A DNA stretch of 64,000 nucleotides from Acidobacteriota bacterium (GTDB taxonomy: Bacteria; Acidobacteriota; Vicinamibacteria; Vicinamibacterales; UBA8438), in assembly GCA_009838525.1 (NCBI GenBank), contig VXRJ01000019.1:9932-73931 (forward strand), read 5' to 3'. Shown piece after piece: positions 18,923 to 27,074 of the stretch; the first letter of the stretch is position 1; every line of letters begins with the position of its first letter. The position numbers and the translations under genes are program-made. The notes beneath the pieces are model-generated. The model searched no databases. It saw nothing but the letters and a program-made list of their open reading frames with translations, and had not been told where the DNA came from.

Positions 18923-19828
18923 CTACATCGGGACGTAGGGCATCGCCAGGTGAATCAGGAGGGCGGCGGCCAGAAGCACCAGGGCGCCGACTGCCAGTTC
19001 GGCGCCGGCTGACCGAAGTAGAGCGTAGGTTCCGAAAGGGTTCCCGAGACGCGGCGTGACCCAGCGCCAGTTGCGGAGGCCGATGGCGCCGGTCAGCACG
19101 AACAGTCCCACTTTGGCCAGCAACACCTGGCCGTAGCGCGTGGTCCAGAGCTGATCGACCGTCTCCAGATTGACGACGGCCGCGACGAGGCCGGAAAGCG
19201 CCACCGCGGTCACCGCAACGATGGCCAGAGGCGAGAAGCTCCGTACCAGTCGGGCGACGTATCCGTGCCCCCCCAGGATCAGGATCAGTTTCGGCGTCGC
19301 TACCACTATCGCCGTAAGCGTACCGATCCACAGGCCGCCCGCCAGACCGTGCACGGCCAACACAGCGCCTGGAAGCGACGAATCGAAGCTCATCGCATGC
19401 CCCGTCATCGGCAGGGTCAACCAGCCCGCGACAACCGCCACGGCCGCACTGCCCCACCCGAGCCTCGGCCAGCGGCGCCAGCCCACCACGGCGATAAACG
19501 CCAGTACGGAAATCCCCGCCTGCGGCTGCCAGAACCCGCCCCAACGGCTTTCGAAAGCCACTACGCGTACGAGCTCGATGGTCACCGCCTCGTCCAGACC
19601 GAAGACAGACCACGTCTGCGCGTAGAGGCGCATCCCCGTCCCCAGCACGAGCGCCAGCGCGGACGCGGTCGCAAAGGCGCCGAGAACCCGTTCAACCTCC
19701 TCACCAATCTCGCAGGCCCGCGAGATCAGCGGCAGGCAGGTGACCGCGCCGGTCAGGCCTACCAGCCCCAGGAAAGTGATCCAGGCGGCCACCGTCTGGA
19801 GGACGATTACAAAAACAGTATCTTCCAT
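18923..19828 (-). CDS. copD: CopD-family copper-handling inner-membrane protein
   Basis: 301 aa, about 8 TM segments. AVHGLAGGLWIGTL-type motif of CopD/YcnJ C-terminal domains. Confidence 0.8.
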   Translation of the reverse strand: MEDTVFVIVLQTVAAWITFLGLVGLTGAVTCLPLISRACEIGEEVERVLGAFATASALALVLGTGMRLYAQTWSVFGLDEAVTIELVRVVAFESRWGGFWQPQAGISVLAFIAVVGWRRWPRLGWGSAAVAVVAGWLTLPMTGHAMSFDSSLPGAVLAVHGLAGGLWIGTLTAIVVATPKLILILGGHGYVARLVRSFSPLAIVAVTAVALSGLVAAVVNLETVDQLWTTRYGQVLLAKVGLFVLTGAIGLRNWRWVTPRLGNPFGTYALLRSAGAELAVGALVLLAAALLIHLAMPYVPM

Positions 19829-19870
19829 CAGATCGATGCCCGTCCGCCGATCAATGCCGGCGCCGTGGCG

Positions 19871-20236
19871 TCAGTTCGCGGCGCGAACTGTGAACGAGAA
19901 CTCGCCCCGCTGCGTGTGGCCGTCGTCACCGGCCGCCCGCCAGCGGACGGTGTAGGACCCGGAGGCCAGCGTCGACGGCACTGCCGCGTGCAGCGACTTG
20001 TCGCTCCGTATGTCCAGTTCGCCCAACGCGATCTCACCCGCGGCGCCATTGAGCGCCAACCGGCTGACGGCCGGATCGGGCGCCTGCGTGAACCAGACCT
20101 GAATCGCTGAGGGAGAGGTCAACAGCGCCGCATCAGCCTCCGGCATCGTCTTCGACACCGCCATGTGCGCGGACACGGCCGCCACGGCAGCCGCGATCAG
20201 CAGGGCGGCACACGCCGCGATTCTCCAGACCCGCAT
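19871..20236 (-). CDS. copC: CopC-family periplasmic copper-binding protein
   Basis: C-terminal 121 aa of track ORF 19871..21247 (MRVWRIAACAALL...). The mature N-terminus starts with His (VSA/HMAVSKTMP). Ig-like CopC pattern ...YTVRWRAAGDDGHTQRGEFSFTV. Confidence 0.8.
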   Translation of the reverse strand: MRVWRIAACAALLIAAAVAAVSAHMAVSKTMPEADAALLTSPSAIQVWFTQAPDPAVSRLALNGAAGEIALGELDIRSDKSLHAAVPSTLASGSYTVRWRAAGDDGHTQRGEFSFTVRAAN

Positions 20237-20250
20237 CGTCGTCCCCCGTC

Positions 20251-22818
20251 TCAGAATCCGTACTCCAGCCCAACGTACGCGCTGCGCCCAACCTCCGCAA
20301 TCCGCAGACCGCTGAACGGATTCAGCGAATTGAGGTGGTTGACGTAGTACTCGTCCGTCAGGTTCTGCACGCCGGCGCGGAAGGTCAGGCCCTCGCCGAC
20401 GCGCACGCCGGCCGCCAGATCGATCGTCGTCCAGCCGGGCGTCGCCCGCTCGAGGCGTCGCGCGGCAACCCGCTCCTGCGGGGCGGTATTCGTCACCTGG
20501 ACTTCGAACCAGGCCTGCCGGGCCGGATCGTGGAACTCGATCGCGTACTGCTGCTCGAACGGCGGCACGCCGAAGAGCGGCTCGCTGAACAGTAAATCCT
20601 CGGCCCGGACGTACGACCAGCCGCCGCGCAGGTCGATCCAGGGGCCGGCCGCCGAACTGGCGGTCAGATCGAAGCCGGCGAACCGCGCCGCGTCTGCCTG
20701 GACGTAGCGGTAAAGCGTGTCCGGGCTGAGGGGCAGCCGCTTCTCCAGGTTCGGATCGGGCGCAACAGTGATGTAGTCGTCGATATGCCGATGAAAGACA
20801 TCGAGGCCGACGGAGGCCGCCGCCACACGGAACGTCGTGCCCACATTGAACTCCAGACTCCTCTCCGGCCGCAGGCCAGGGTTGCCGACGAACTCCGCCG
20901 CCGTCTGGAACTTCACGGCCGGAAAGCGGTCGGCGTAGCGCTCCAGCGCAGACGGGTTGCGGACGGCCCGGCCCACGCCCAGCGTCACGAGCCAGGTATC
21001 GGTTACGCGCAGGCTGGCATTCGCGGCGGCGCTGATGTTCGTGTTGGTCTGCGCGAACCGTTCGCCCGAAACCAGCATGGTCGTACCCTGACCGTGGGAG
21101 GCCGACCCATCGTGCGTCGCGCCGTGGTCCGTCGTCGCGCCCTGACCGCCCATCGGCGTAGCGGCGCCATGCCCCGCATGCGGGTCGGTCATGTGCCCGG
21201 CATCCGTCCCATGGCCGGTGTGCCCCATGCAGACGGCGGTGACGCAATGAAAGTGGCCGTGCGCCTCGTGCAGGTCGTAGGCCGGAATCGCGTTGTGCGC
21301 GAAGAAGGACGTCACCTGACCGATCTGCGCCCGCTCCCGATCGACCCGCACCGTCCCGCCGATCGTGCTGCGCCCTTGTTCGAACAGCACCTGGGCGTAG
21401 CCACCCAGGTTCGTCAGGTCGGCCTCCGGCCAGACGGGGTGCATATTGTGGTGAATCTGGCCGGTGCTGCGGTCGCTCACCGTCTGCGTCGCCGACTGCT
21501 GCAGCCGATAGGCGTCCATCCCCAGCTTGTAGCGGAATGCTCCGGACTCGAGAGCGGCGTGCACCCGACCACCGACCGTGTCTGCCGACGTTGGCAGGTC
21601 GACCCGGATCGGGAACGGCGGCGTCCGGTGGGGGTTGGGCCGCGCCGTCGGCTTGGCGTCGTTGTTCATCAAGTGGTCCTTGAGATTGAAGTACACCTGC
21701 CCCGCCAGTTCCGTGAGGACTCCACCCGCTGCCTGGTGCGTGACGTCAAGCGCGTGCGACTGCGTTTCGAAGAAAGTGGCGTCGAGTATCCGCCCCGGGT
21801 AGTCGAGATCGTTCTGGCGCTGGAACCCGCCGCTGTACTCCAGCAGCGTCCGCGTTCCCAGCCGGGCGCCGATGCCCCAGCGCGTATCGAACGACTCGTA
21901 GTCGCCCTGCACGAGGTCGCCGTTGCCATCGGTGTAGTCGCTGCCGGTCCGGCTGTTGTGCTGGAATGCGAAGCGGAGACGGTCGCCGCTTCCCCACAGA
22001 CCGGCGAAACCGTCACCCGCCGCGCCGTTGCTGCCGTAATTGGCGCCGACGCGCCCACCGAGGCGGAACTGGCCCGATCCGAAAGCGGGCTTGAACGTCT
22101 CCGCCTGAATCGCGCTCAGCGTCCCGGCCCCCCAGGTGAGCGCATAGGGGCCGCGCACCACGCGAAGCGACTGCAGCGTATGCGGACTGACGTGACTCAG
22201 CCCCGAATCCATCCTGGCCGGTCCGGCCGCGAACGTCCGCGTGCCGTCCACGAAGACGCCAATCTGTTCCGCATACAATCCTCGGATAGACGGATCCAGG
22301 TTGATGGCGCCACGCCGAAGCGCCGTAACACCGGCGTGGCTGCGAAGCGACTGCGCCAGATCCTGCGTCACCCGCCGTTCGATCTCCGACGCCGGCACGA
22401 CCATCTCCGTCGCCACTTCCGGCATCAGCGCGACGACCGTCACTTCCTGCGCGAACGTCCCCACGTCGAGCGTGATCGCGATCGGTGCGTTGCTGCGCGC
22501 ATTGACCGGCGTCTCGGAGGGAACGAAACCGAGCAGCGTCGCCTCGACCACATAGGCGCCGCCCTCGGGATTCGCAAAGACAAACGTCCCGTCCCGGTCC
22601 GTTTGAGTCGACGCCACGAACTGTCCGGCCTCCGACCGGAGCACGACGGTCACGCCCGGAAGCGGCAGCCCCTGCACGTCCGCTACCGTCCCGCGCACAC
22701 TCGCCGTCTGCGCCTGCGCAGCCGCCGGCAGCGCAGCCCATGCCGCCAGCAGCATCGCCGCCATCCGCCACGACCACCGACCCCTTGCCCGGGCCGATGT
22801 TATGCAACCACTCATCAA
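20251..22818 (-). CDS. TonB-dependent receptor with N-terminal carboxypeptidase-regulatory-like domain and a His/Met/Cys-rich loop (putative copper receptor)
   Basis: 855 aa. CarboxypepD_reg-like SVRGTVADVQGLPLPGVTVVL, then a plug domain and a barrel ending ...YVGLEYGF. Insert HEAHGHFHCVTAVCMGHTGHGTDAGHMTDPHAGHGAATPMGG...HDGSASHGQG. An alternative start is at 22764. Confidence 0.9.
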   Translation of the reverse strand: MMSGCITSARARGRWSWRMAAMLLAAWAALPAAAQAQTASVRGTVADVQGLPLPGVTVVLRSEAGQFVASTQTDRDGTFVFANPEGGAYVVEATLLGFVPSETPVNARSNAPIAITLDVGTFAQEVTVVALMPEVATEMVVPASEIERRVTQDLAQSLRSHAGVTALRRGAINLDPSIRGLYAEQIGVFVDGTRTFAAGPARMDSGLSHVSPHTLQSLRVVRGPYALTWGAGTLSAIQAETFKPAFGSGQFRLGGRVGANYGSNGAAGDGFAGLWGSGDRLRFAFQHNSRTGSDYTDGNGDLVQGDYESFDTRWGIGARLGTRTLLEYSGGFQRQNDLDYPGRILDATFFETQSHALDVTHQAAGGVLTELAGQVYFNLKDHLMNNDAKPTARPNPHRTPPFPIRVDLPTSADTVGGRVHAALESGAFRYKLGMDAYRLQQSATQTVSDRSTGQIHHNMHPVWPEADLTNLGGYAQVLFEQGRSTIGGTVRVDRERAQIGQVTSFFAHNAIPAYDLHEAHGHFHCVTAVCMGHTGHGTDAGHMTDPHAGHGAATPMGGQGATTDHGATHDGSASHGQGTTMLVSGERFAQTNTNISAAANASLRVTDTWLVTLGVGRAVRNPSALERYADRFPAVKFQTAAEFVGNPGLRPERSLEFNVGTTFRVAAASVGLDVFHRHIDDYITVAPDPNLEKRLPLSPDTLYRYVQADAARFAGFDLTASSAAGPWIDLRGGWSYVRAEDLLFSEPLFGVPPFEQQYAIEFHDPARQAWFEVQVTNTAPQERVAARRLERATPGWTTIDLAAGVRVGEGLTFRAGVQNLTDEYYVNHLNSLNPFSGLRIAEVGRSAYVGLEYGF

Positions 22819-22964
22819 AACACCCCCTGCCTATCAATCGCCGCAAACCCTCGTGCGACGCCTCGGACCGACGCCGCATCCTGCGCGTGGTACCTCCGGA
22901 CCGGCCGGATCGGCGCCGAAGAGGCTCCGACCGACGGAGTCCGGGTACCGGCGTGCGACCGTGA

Positions 22965-23378
22965 TCAGGCGCGCGGCGGGGGTGCGTGGGGGGCGCCAGC
23001 GAACGAGGCGGCGGCATCGTGCGTCGGAACGACGCGACCGGTGACCGCCGGGTCGGCTGCAAGCGCGAATGCGTCAGGCGTGAATCCAGTCAGGCCGACC
23101 AGACCGATCAACGCGTCGTCGAGCGAGTTGCAGCCGATCATCCGGGCCTGGCCGGGCTGACCGGTTTCCGGTCCGCCGGACGCATGGGCGGCCCGGTTAG
23201 GCGACTTGTCCATCGGACACATGGCGCCATGGCTCTCCCCCTCGCAACAAGGCAGCGACTCGGCGGCAATCAACGTTGCCTGACAGCAAAGTGCGGCGGG
23301 CAGCAACGCCAGCGCGGTCAGTTTCCAGGCGATGACGCCCGCGACGGTGCCGGCCCTCAGGTTGCGGAGTGATCCCAT
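22965..23378 (-). CDS. Small signal-anchored Cys/His/Met-rich protein, hypothetical (candidate metal-handling partner)
   Basis: 137 aa. TM/signal region LTALALLPAALCCQATLIAA is followed by ESLPCCEGESHGAMCPMDKS. First gene of the TBDR-copC-copD string. Confidence 0.55.
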   Translation of the reverse strand: MGSLRNLRAGTVAGVIAWKLTALALLPAALCCQATLIAAESLPCCEGESHGAMCPMDKSPNRAAHASGGPETGQPGQARMIGCNSLDDALIGLVGLTGFTPDAFALAADPAVTGRVVPTHDAAASFAGAPHAPPPRA

Positions 23379-23388
23379 GCGCTACCTG

Positions 23389-23394
23389 ATTATA
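23389..23394 (-). promoter_or_regulatory. Perfect TATAAT -10 box, 10 nt upstream of ATG 23378
   Basis: Minus strand reads cgcggTATAATcaggtagcgcATG. No SD. Confidence 0.4.
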
Positions 23395-23459
23395 CCGCGC
23401 TGGCCGCGCTCTCGGTCCCCCGGCGCCGCCGGCCCGGCGGCTGCGGTAGGATCGCCCCC

Positions 23460-25385
23460 ATGCCGCCGACATTGAGCAGCTACGATGACGCGTACCGCCG
23501 CTGGCAGGCGGACCCGCAAGCGTTCTGGGCCGCCGCCGCCGAACCGCTCTACTGGCACCGGCGCTGGGAAACGGTGCGGGACGACAGTCGCCCGCCGTTC
23601 CATCGCTGGTTCGCCGGCGGCCGGTTCAACACCTGCTACAACTGCATCGACCGTCACATCGACCGGGGCCGGGGCCGCCAGCTCGCCCTGGTGTATGACA
23701 GCCCGGTTACCGGCGCCATCCGCCAGTTCACGTTCATCGAGCTACGCGACGAGGTGGCGCGCGTCGCCGGCGCCCTCGCCGCGCAGGGGGTGTCAGCGGG
23801 CGACCGGGTGATCATCTACATGCCGATGGTGCCCGAGGCGGTCTTCGCCATGCTCGCGTGCGCCCGGATCGGCGCGGTGCATTCGGTCGTGTTCGGCGGT
23901 TTCGCCCCCAACGAGCTGGCGAAACGGATAGACGATGCGAAGCCGAAGCTGATCCTCTCCGCGTCGTGCGGCATCGAGGTCAATCGCGTCATCCCGTACA
24001 AGCCGTTGCTGGACGAAGCGATCGATCTGGCGTCGCACAAGCCGGCGCACACCGTCATCCTGCAGCGGCCCCAGGCGGAAGCGGCGATGACGGTCGGCCG
24101 CGATCTCGACTGGAACGCCGCGGTGGACGGCGCGGAGCCGGCCGACTGCGTGCCCGTGGCGTCGACCGATCCGCTCTACATCCTCTATACGTCCGGGACG
24201 ACCGGCGTGCCGAAGGGCGTCGTGCGCGACAACGGCGGCCACGCGGTGGCCCTCCACTGGAGCATGGAACACGTCTACGGCGTCGGCGCCGGCGAGGTGT
24301 ACTGGGCCGGCTCCGATATCGGCTGGGTGGTCGGCCACTCCTACATCGTCTACGGACCGCTCCTGCGCGGCGCGACGACGATCCTGTACGAGGGCAAGCC
24401 GGTCGGAACGCCGGATCCTGGCGCGTTCTGGCGCGTCATCTCGCAACACGGCGTCAACGTCTTCTTCACCGCGCCGACCGCGTTCCGGGCCATCAAGAAG
24501 GAGGATCCGGATGGCGCGCATATGCAGCGCTACGACCTGTCCCGGTTCCGCACCCTCTTCCTCGCGGGCGAGCGGTGCGACCCCGACACCCTGATCTGGG
24601 CGCGCGACCGCCTCGGCGTGCCGGTCATCGATCACTGGTGGCAGACCGAGACGTCCTGGGCAATCGCCGCCAACTGTGTCGGTCTCGGCATGCTGCCGGT
24701 GAAACCGGGATCGCCGACGCGGGCGGTGCCGGGCTTCGACGTCAGGATCCTTAACGAGGACGGAGGGGAAATGCCGGCAGGCCAGATCGGCGCGATCGTG
24801 GTGAAGCTGCCGCTGCCGCCCGGCTGCCTCCCGACCCTCTGGAACAACGACGACGGCTTCGTGAGGTCGTACCTTTCGCGCCACCCCGGCTACTACCTTA
24901 CCGGCGACGCCGGTTACCGCGACGATGACGACTATCTCTACATCATGAGCCGGGTCGACGACATCATCAACGTCGCCGGGCACCGCCTCTCGACCGGCGC
25001 GATGGAAGAGGTACTTGCTTACCACCCGGATGTCGCCGAGTGCGCCGTCGTCGGCGTGGCCGACGAACTCAAGGGCGAGGTCCCGATCGGCTTCGTCGTC
25101 ACGAAAGCGGGAGTCACCAAGGGTGTGGACGAGCTCGTGCCGGAGCTGGTCGAACGGGTCCGTAGCACCATCGGTCCGGTCGCCGCCTTCAAGCAGGCCG
25201 CCATCGTTCCTCGATTGCCGAAGACCCGCTCCGGGAAGATCCTGCGCGGGACCGTCAAGAAGATCGCCGACGGCGACCCGTACACCATGCCGGCGACGAT
25301 AGATGATCCGGCGATCCTGGAGGAAATCACGGAAGCGCTCGCCGGTCTCGGCTATCCGAAGCGTTCCGGGAAGGAGAATGGATGA
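23460..25385 (+). CDS. Propionate-CoA ligase / acetyl-CoA synthetase family AMP-forming enzyme
   Basis: 641 aa. FWAAAAEPLYWHRRW...WFAGGRFNTCYNCIDRH opening, YTSGTTGVPKG AMP motif and C-terminal PKTRSGKILR. Confidence 0.9.
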   Translation: MPPTLSSYDDAYRRWQADPQAFWAAAAEPLYWHRRWETVRDDSRPPFHRWFAGGRFNTCYNCIDRHIDRGRGRQLALVYDSPVTGAIRQFTFIELRDEVARVAGALAAQGVSAGDRVIIYMPMVPEAVFAMLACARIGAVHSVVFGGFAPNELAKRIDDAKPKLILSASCGIEVNRVIPYKPLLDEAIDLASHKPAHTVILQRPQAEAAMTVGRDLDWNAAVDGAEPADCVPVASTDPLYILYTSGTTGVPKGVVRDNGGHAVALHWSMEHVYGVGAGEVYWAGSDIGWVVGHSYIVYGPLLRGATTILYEGKPVGTPDPGAFWRVISQHGVNVFFTAPTAFRAIKKEDPDGAHMQRYDLSRFRTLFLAGERCDPDTLIWARDRLGVPVIDHWWQTETSWAIAANCVGLGMLPVKPGSPTRAVPGFDVRILNEDGGEMPAGQIGAIVVKLPLPPGCLPTLWNNDDGFVRSYLSRHPGYYLTGDAGYRDDDDYLYIMSRVDDIINVAGHRLSTGAMEEVLAYHPDVAECAVVGVADELKGEVPIGFVVTKAGVTKGVDELVPELVERVRSTIGPVAAFKQAAIVPRLPKTRSGKILRGTVKKIADGDPYTMPATIDDPAILEEITEALAGLGYPKRSGKENG

Positions 25386-25819
25386 CCGTCAAGCCGATCC
25401 CCGAGGGCTACCAGCAGGTAGTCCCCTATCTCCTGGTGGAAGACGTCGACCGGCTGCTCGGTTTTCTGGGCGCGGCCTTCAACGCCACCGTGCACCAACA
25501 GTCCCGCGGGCAGGACGGAGCCACCAGCCACGCCGACGTCGTCATAGGCGACTGCCACGTCATGATGGGTCAGGCGAGGGCGCCGGAGTACCCCGCCATG
25601 CCGTGCATGCTGTATCTCTACGTCGAGGATACCGACACGTTCTACCAGCAAGCGATGACCGCCGGCGCCACGTCCGTTCAGGAACCGCGGGACACGTTCT
25701 ACGGCGACCGGAACGCCGGCGTGAAGGACCCGTTCGGCAACCAGTGGTGGATTGGGACCCACATCGAAGACGTGCCACCGGACGAGCTGGCCCGGCGAGC
25801 CCGGGCACAGGGTCGCTGA
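25382..25819 (+). CDS. VOC/glyoxalase-fold protein (PhnB/YjdN-like)
   Basis: 145 aa. ATGA overlap with the upstream gene. VVPYLLVEDVDRLLGFL...FYGDRNAGVKDPFGNQWWIGTHIEDV. Confidence 0.8.
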   Translation: MTVKPIPEGYQQVVPYLLVEDVDRLLGFLGAAFNATVHQQSRGQDGATSHADVVIGDCHVMMGQARAPEYPAMPCMLYLYVEDTDTFYQQAMTAGATSVQEPRDTFYGDRNAGVKDPFGNQWWIGTHIEDVPPDELARRARAQGR

Positions 25820-25882
25820 AGATCCGCGTCGAATCGTCAGCGCCGCCCCGGCGTCCGCGCCGGCATCGGCTGTCGTTCTCTT

Positions 25883-25900
25883 GCCGGCCTGGAGGCCGGC
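25883..25900. repeat. GC hairpin gccggcc-tgga-ggccggc; the same 18-mer recurs in inverse orientation at 46351-46368
   Basis: 7-bp stem and 4-nt loop in a convergent intergenic region. No U-tract. Confidence 0.6.
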
Positions 25901-25926
25901 GGACCAGATCCGGCCGGCGGTCCCAG

Positions 25927-25962
25927 CTAGCGGAGCACGCGGTCTCCTAGCGGAGCACGCGG
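25927..25962. repeat. Tandem duplication (16-nt unit ctagcggagcacgcgg, period 20) that includes the stop codon of the AttH-like gene
   Basis: Copies at 25927-25942 and 25947-25962. The gene's stop TAG is at 25947-25949 on the minus strand. Confidence 0.8.
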
Positions 25963-27074
25963 CTCATCGGCTGCCCGGCGTACCCCGTCATTTCCAGGTA
26001 GCCCGGCCCCGACACGGACGCGCCGTCCCGTGTGCCGCGCGCGTCGATCGCGCCTTCCCAGTACGTCACACCGGTCGACTCCCCCGTCTCCAGCTCCTGG
26101 GCGTCGATTGTCGCTTCCACGTCGATCTCGATCCCCAGTGGAGGCACGTGGATCGTCCATGCGACCGGGTAGGCCGCCCCGGTCGAAGGCGACGTCCACC
26201 GCCGTCCGGGAACCAGTGCATAGTCGCCCGCGGCAAGCCGCGTGATGGAGCCGTCGGGGGCGATGAACGTCCCGCTGGAACGCGGGTCGGGAATGCCGTC
26301 GTCTCTCCGCATGGTGTAGACCATCAGGTCACTCCCGTCGTCGAGCTGCAGCGAGAACCAGTCCCAACCCACCTGCGCCGGCTCCAGAAAGCTGGTGCCG
26401 AACTCGTGGTCCATCCAACTCAGGCCGCTGACGTCGAAGGCCTCGCCGTCAACCATGATTCGCCCGGTCGTCCGCAGCCGCGTGAGCGAGTAGTAGTGCG
26501 ACGCATTGCCCGCCTCGGCGCCCTTCTGGCTGTAGCCGTCGGCGCCGTGCAGCACGGGCGGCCGCTCCGGTACGAGGCGGAAGTCAACCGCGAGCCCCGC
26601 GTCGTCGCTTGCCGCGTTCAGCAGGTGGGCGCCCGCTCCGGTGGCGTCGTCAAGCCGCGCCGACCAGCCGTCGTTCCAGACGTGAAGCGTCTCCGTGCTG
26701 GCGCCCGCCCAGCCGACGCCGTCACGGTTCAGCCGCTCTGCGACATGGTGCCGTCCGACCGCGACGTCGGTGACCGCGAGGTGCGCCATGTGCAGATCCC
26801 GCACCGCCCACCGCGACGGGTTGACGGGCCGCCGGTCGACACCAACGCGAAAGAAGGTCAACTGGTAGCCGAAGCGCCGGCCGCTCGACGTCTCGACGTT
26901 GCCGGTGTAGTACCACCACTCGATTCGGTGGTCGGGATGCGACGCGTGGTCGCGCGGGAACGCGAGCCGGTAGCCCGGATCGGCCGCCAGCCAGGTCGCC
27001 GGGGCGTCCTGCGCTCCCACGGCAACGGCTCCCGCCAGCAGCGCCGCTGCCAGCGTCCTCGCAATCCGCATCAT
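25947..27074 (-). CDS. AttH-like / CrtC-type lipocalin-domain protein, secreted
   Basis: 375 aa with signal peptide. HPDHRIEWWYYTGNVETSSGRRFGYQLTFFR is the hydroxyneurosporene-synthase/AttH signature. 4-nt overlap with the upstream permease gene. Confidence 0.8.
   Translation of the reverse strand: MMRIARTLAAALLAGAVAVGAQDAPATWLAADPGYRLAFPRDHASHPDHRIEWWYYTGNVETSSGRRFGYQLTFFRVGVDRRPVNPSRWAVRDLHMAHLAVTDVAVGRHHVAERLNRDGVGWAGASTETLHVWNDGWSARLDDATGAGAHLLNAASDDAGLAVDFRLVPERPPVLHGADGYSQKGAEAGNASHYYSLTRLRTTGRIMVDGEAFDVSGLSWMDHEFGTSFLEPAQVGWDWFSLQLDDGSDLMVYTMRRDDGIPDPRSSGTFIAPDGSITRLAAGDYALVPGRRWTSPSTGAAYPVAWTIHVPPLGIEIDVEATIDAQELETGESTGVTYWEGAIDARGTRDGASVSGPGYLEMTGYAGQPMSRVLR

Noticed and set aside
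20237-21247. N-terminal 337 aa of track ORF 19871..21247.
   Set aside because: This part overlaps the TonB receptor in another frame and is Arg/Pro/Gly junk. Only the C-terminal 121 aa, from ATG 20236, form a CopC-like protein with its own signal peptide.
22819-22964. Cobalamin or other riboswitch in the 146-nt leader of the TonB receptor gene.
   Set aside because: I could not find a B12-box (GCCACTG-like) or other riboswitch core. Only generic GC hairpins around two GGTACC sites are present. This needs an Infernal/Rfam scan to settle.
20785-23160. 791-aa plus-strand ORF antisense to the TonB receptor and the Cys-rich gene.
   Set aside because: Shadow ORF.
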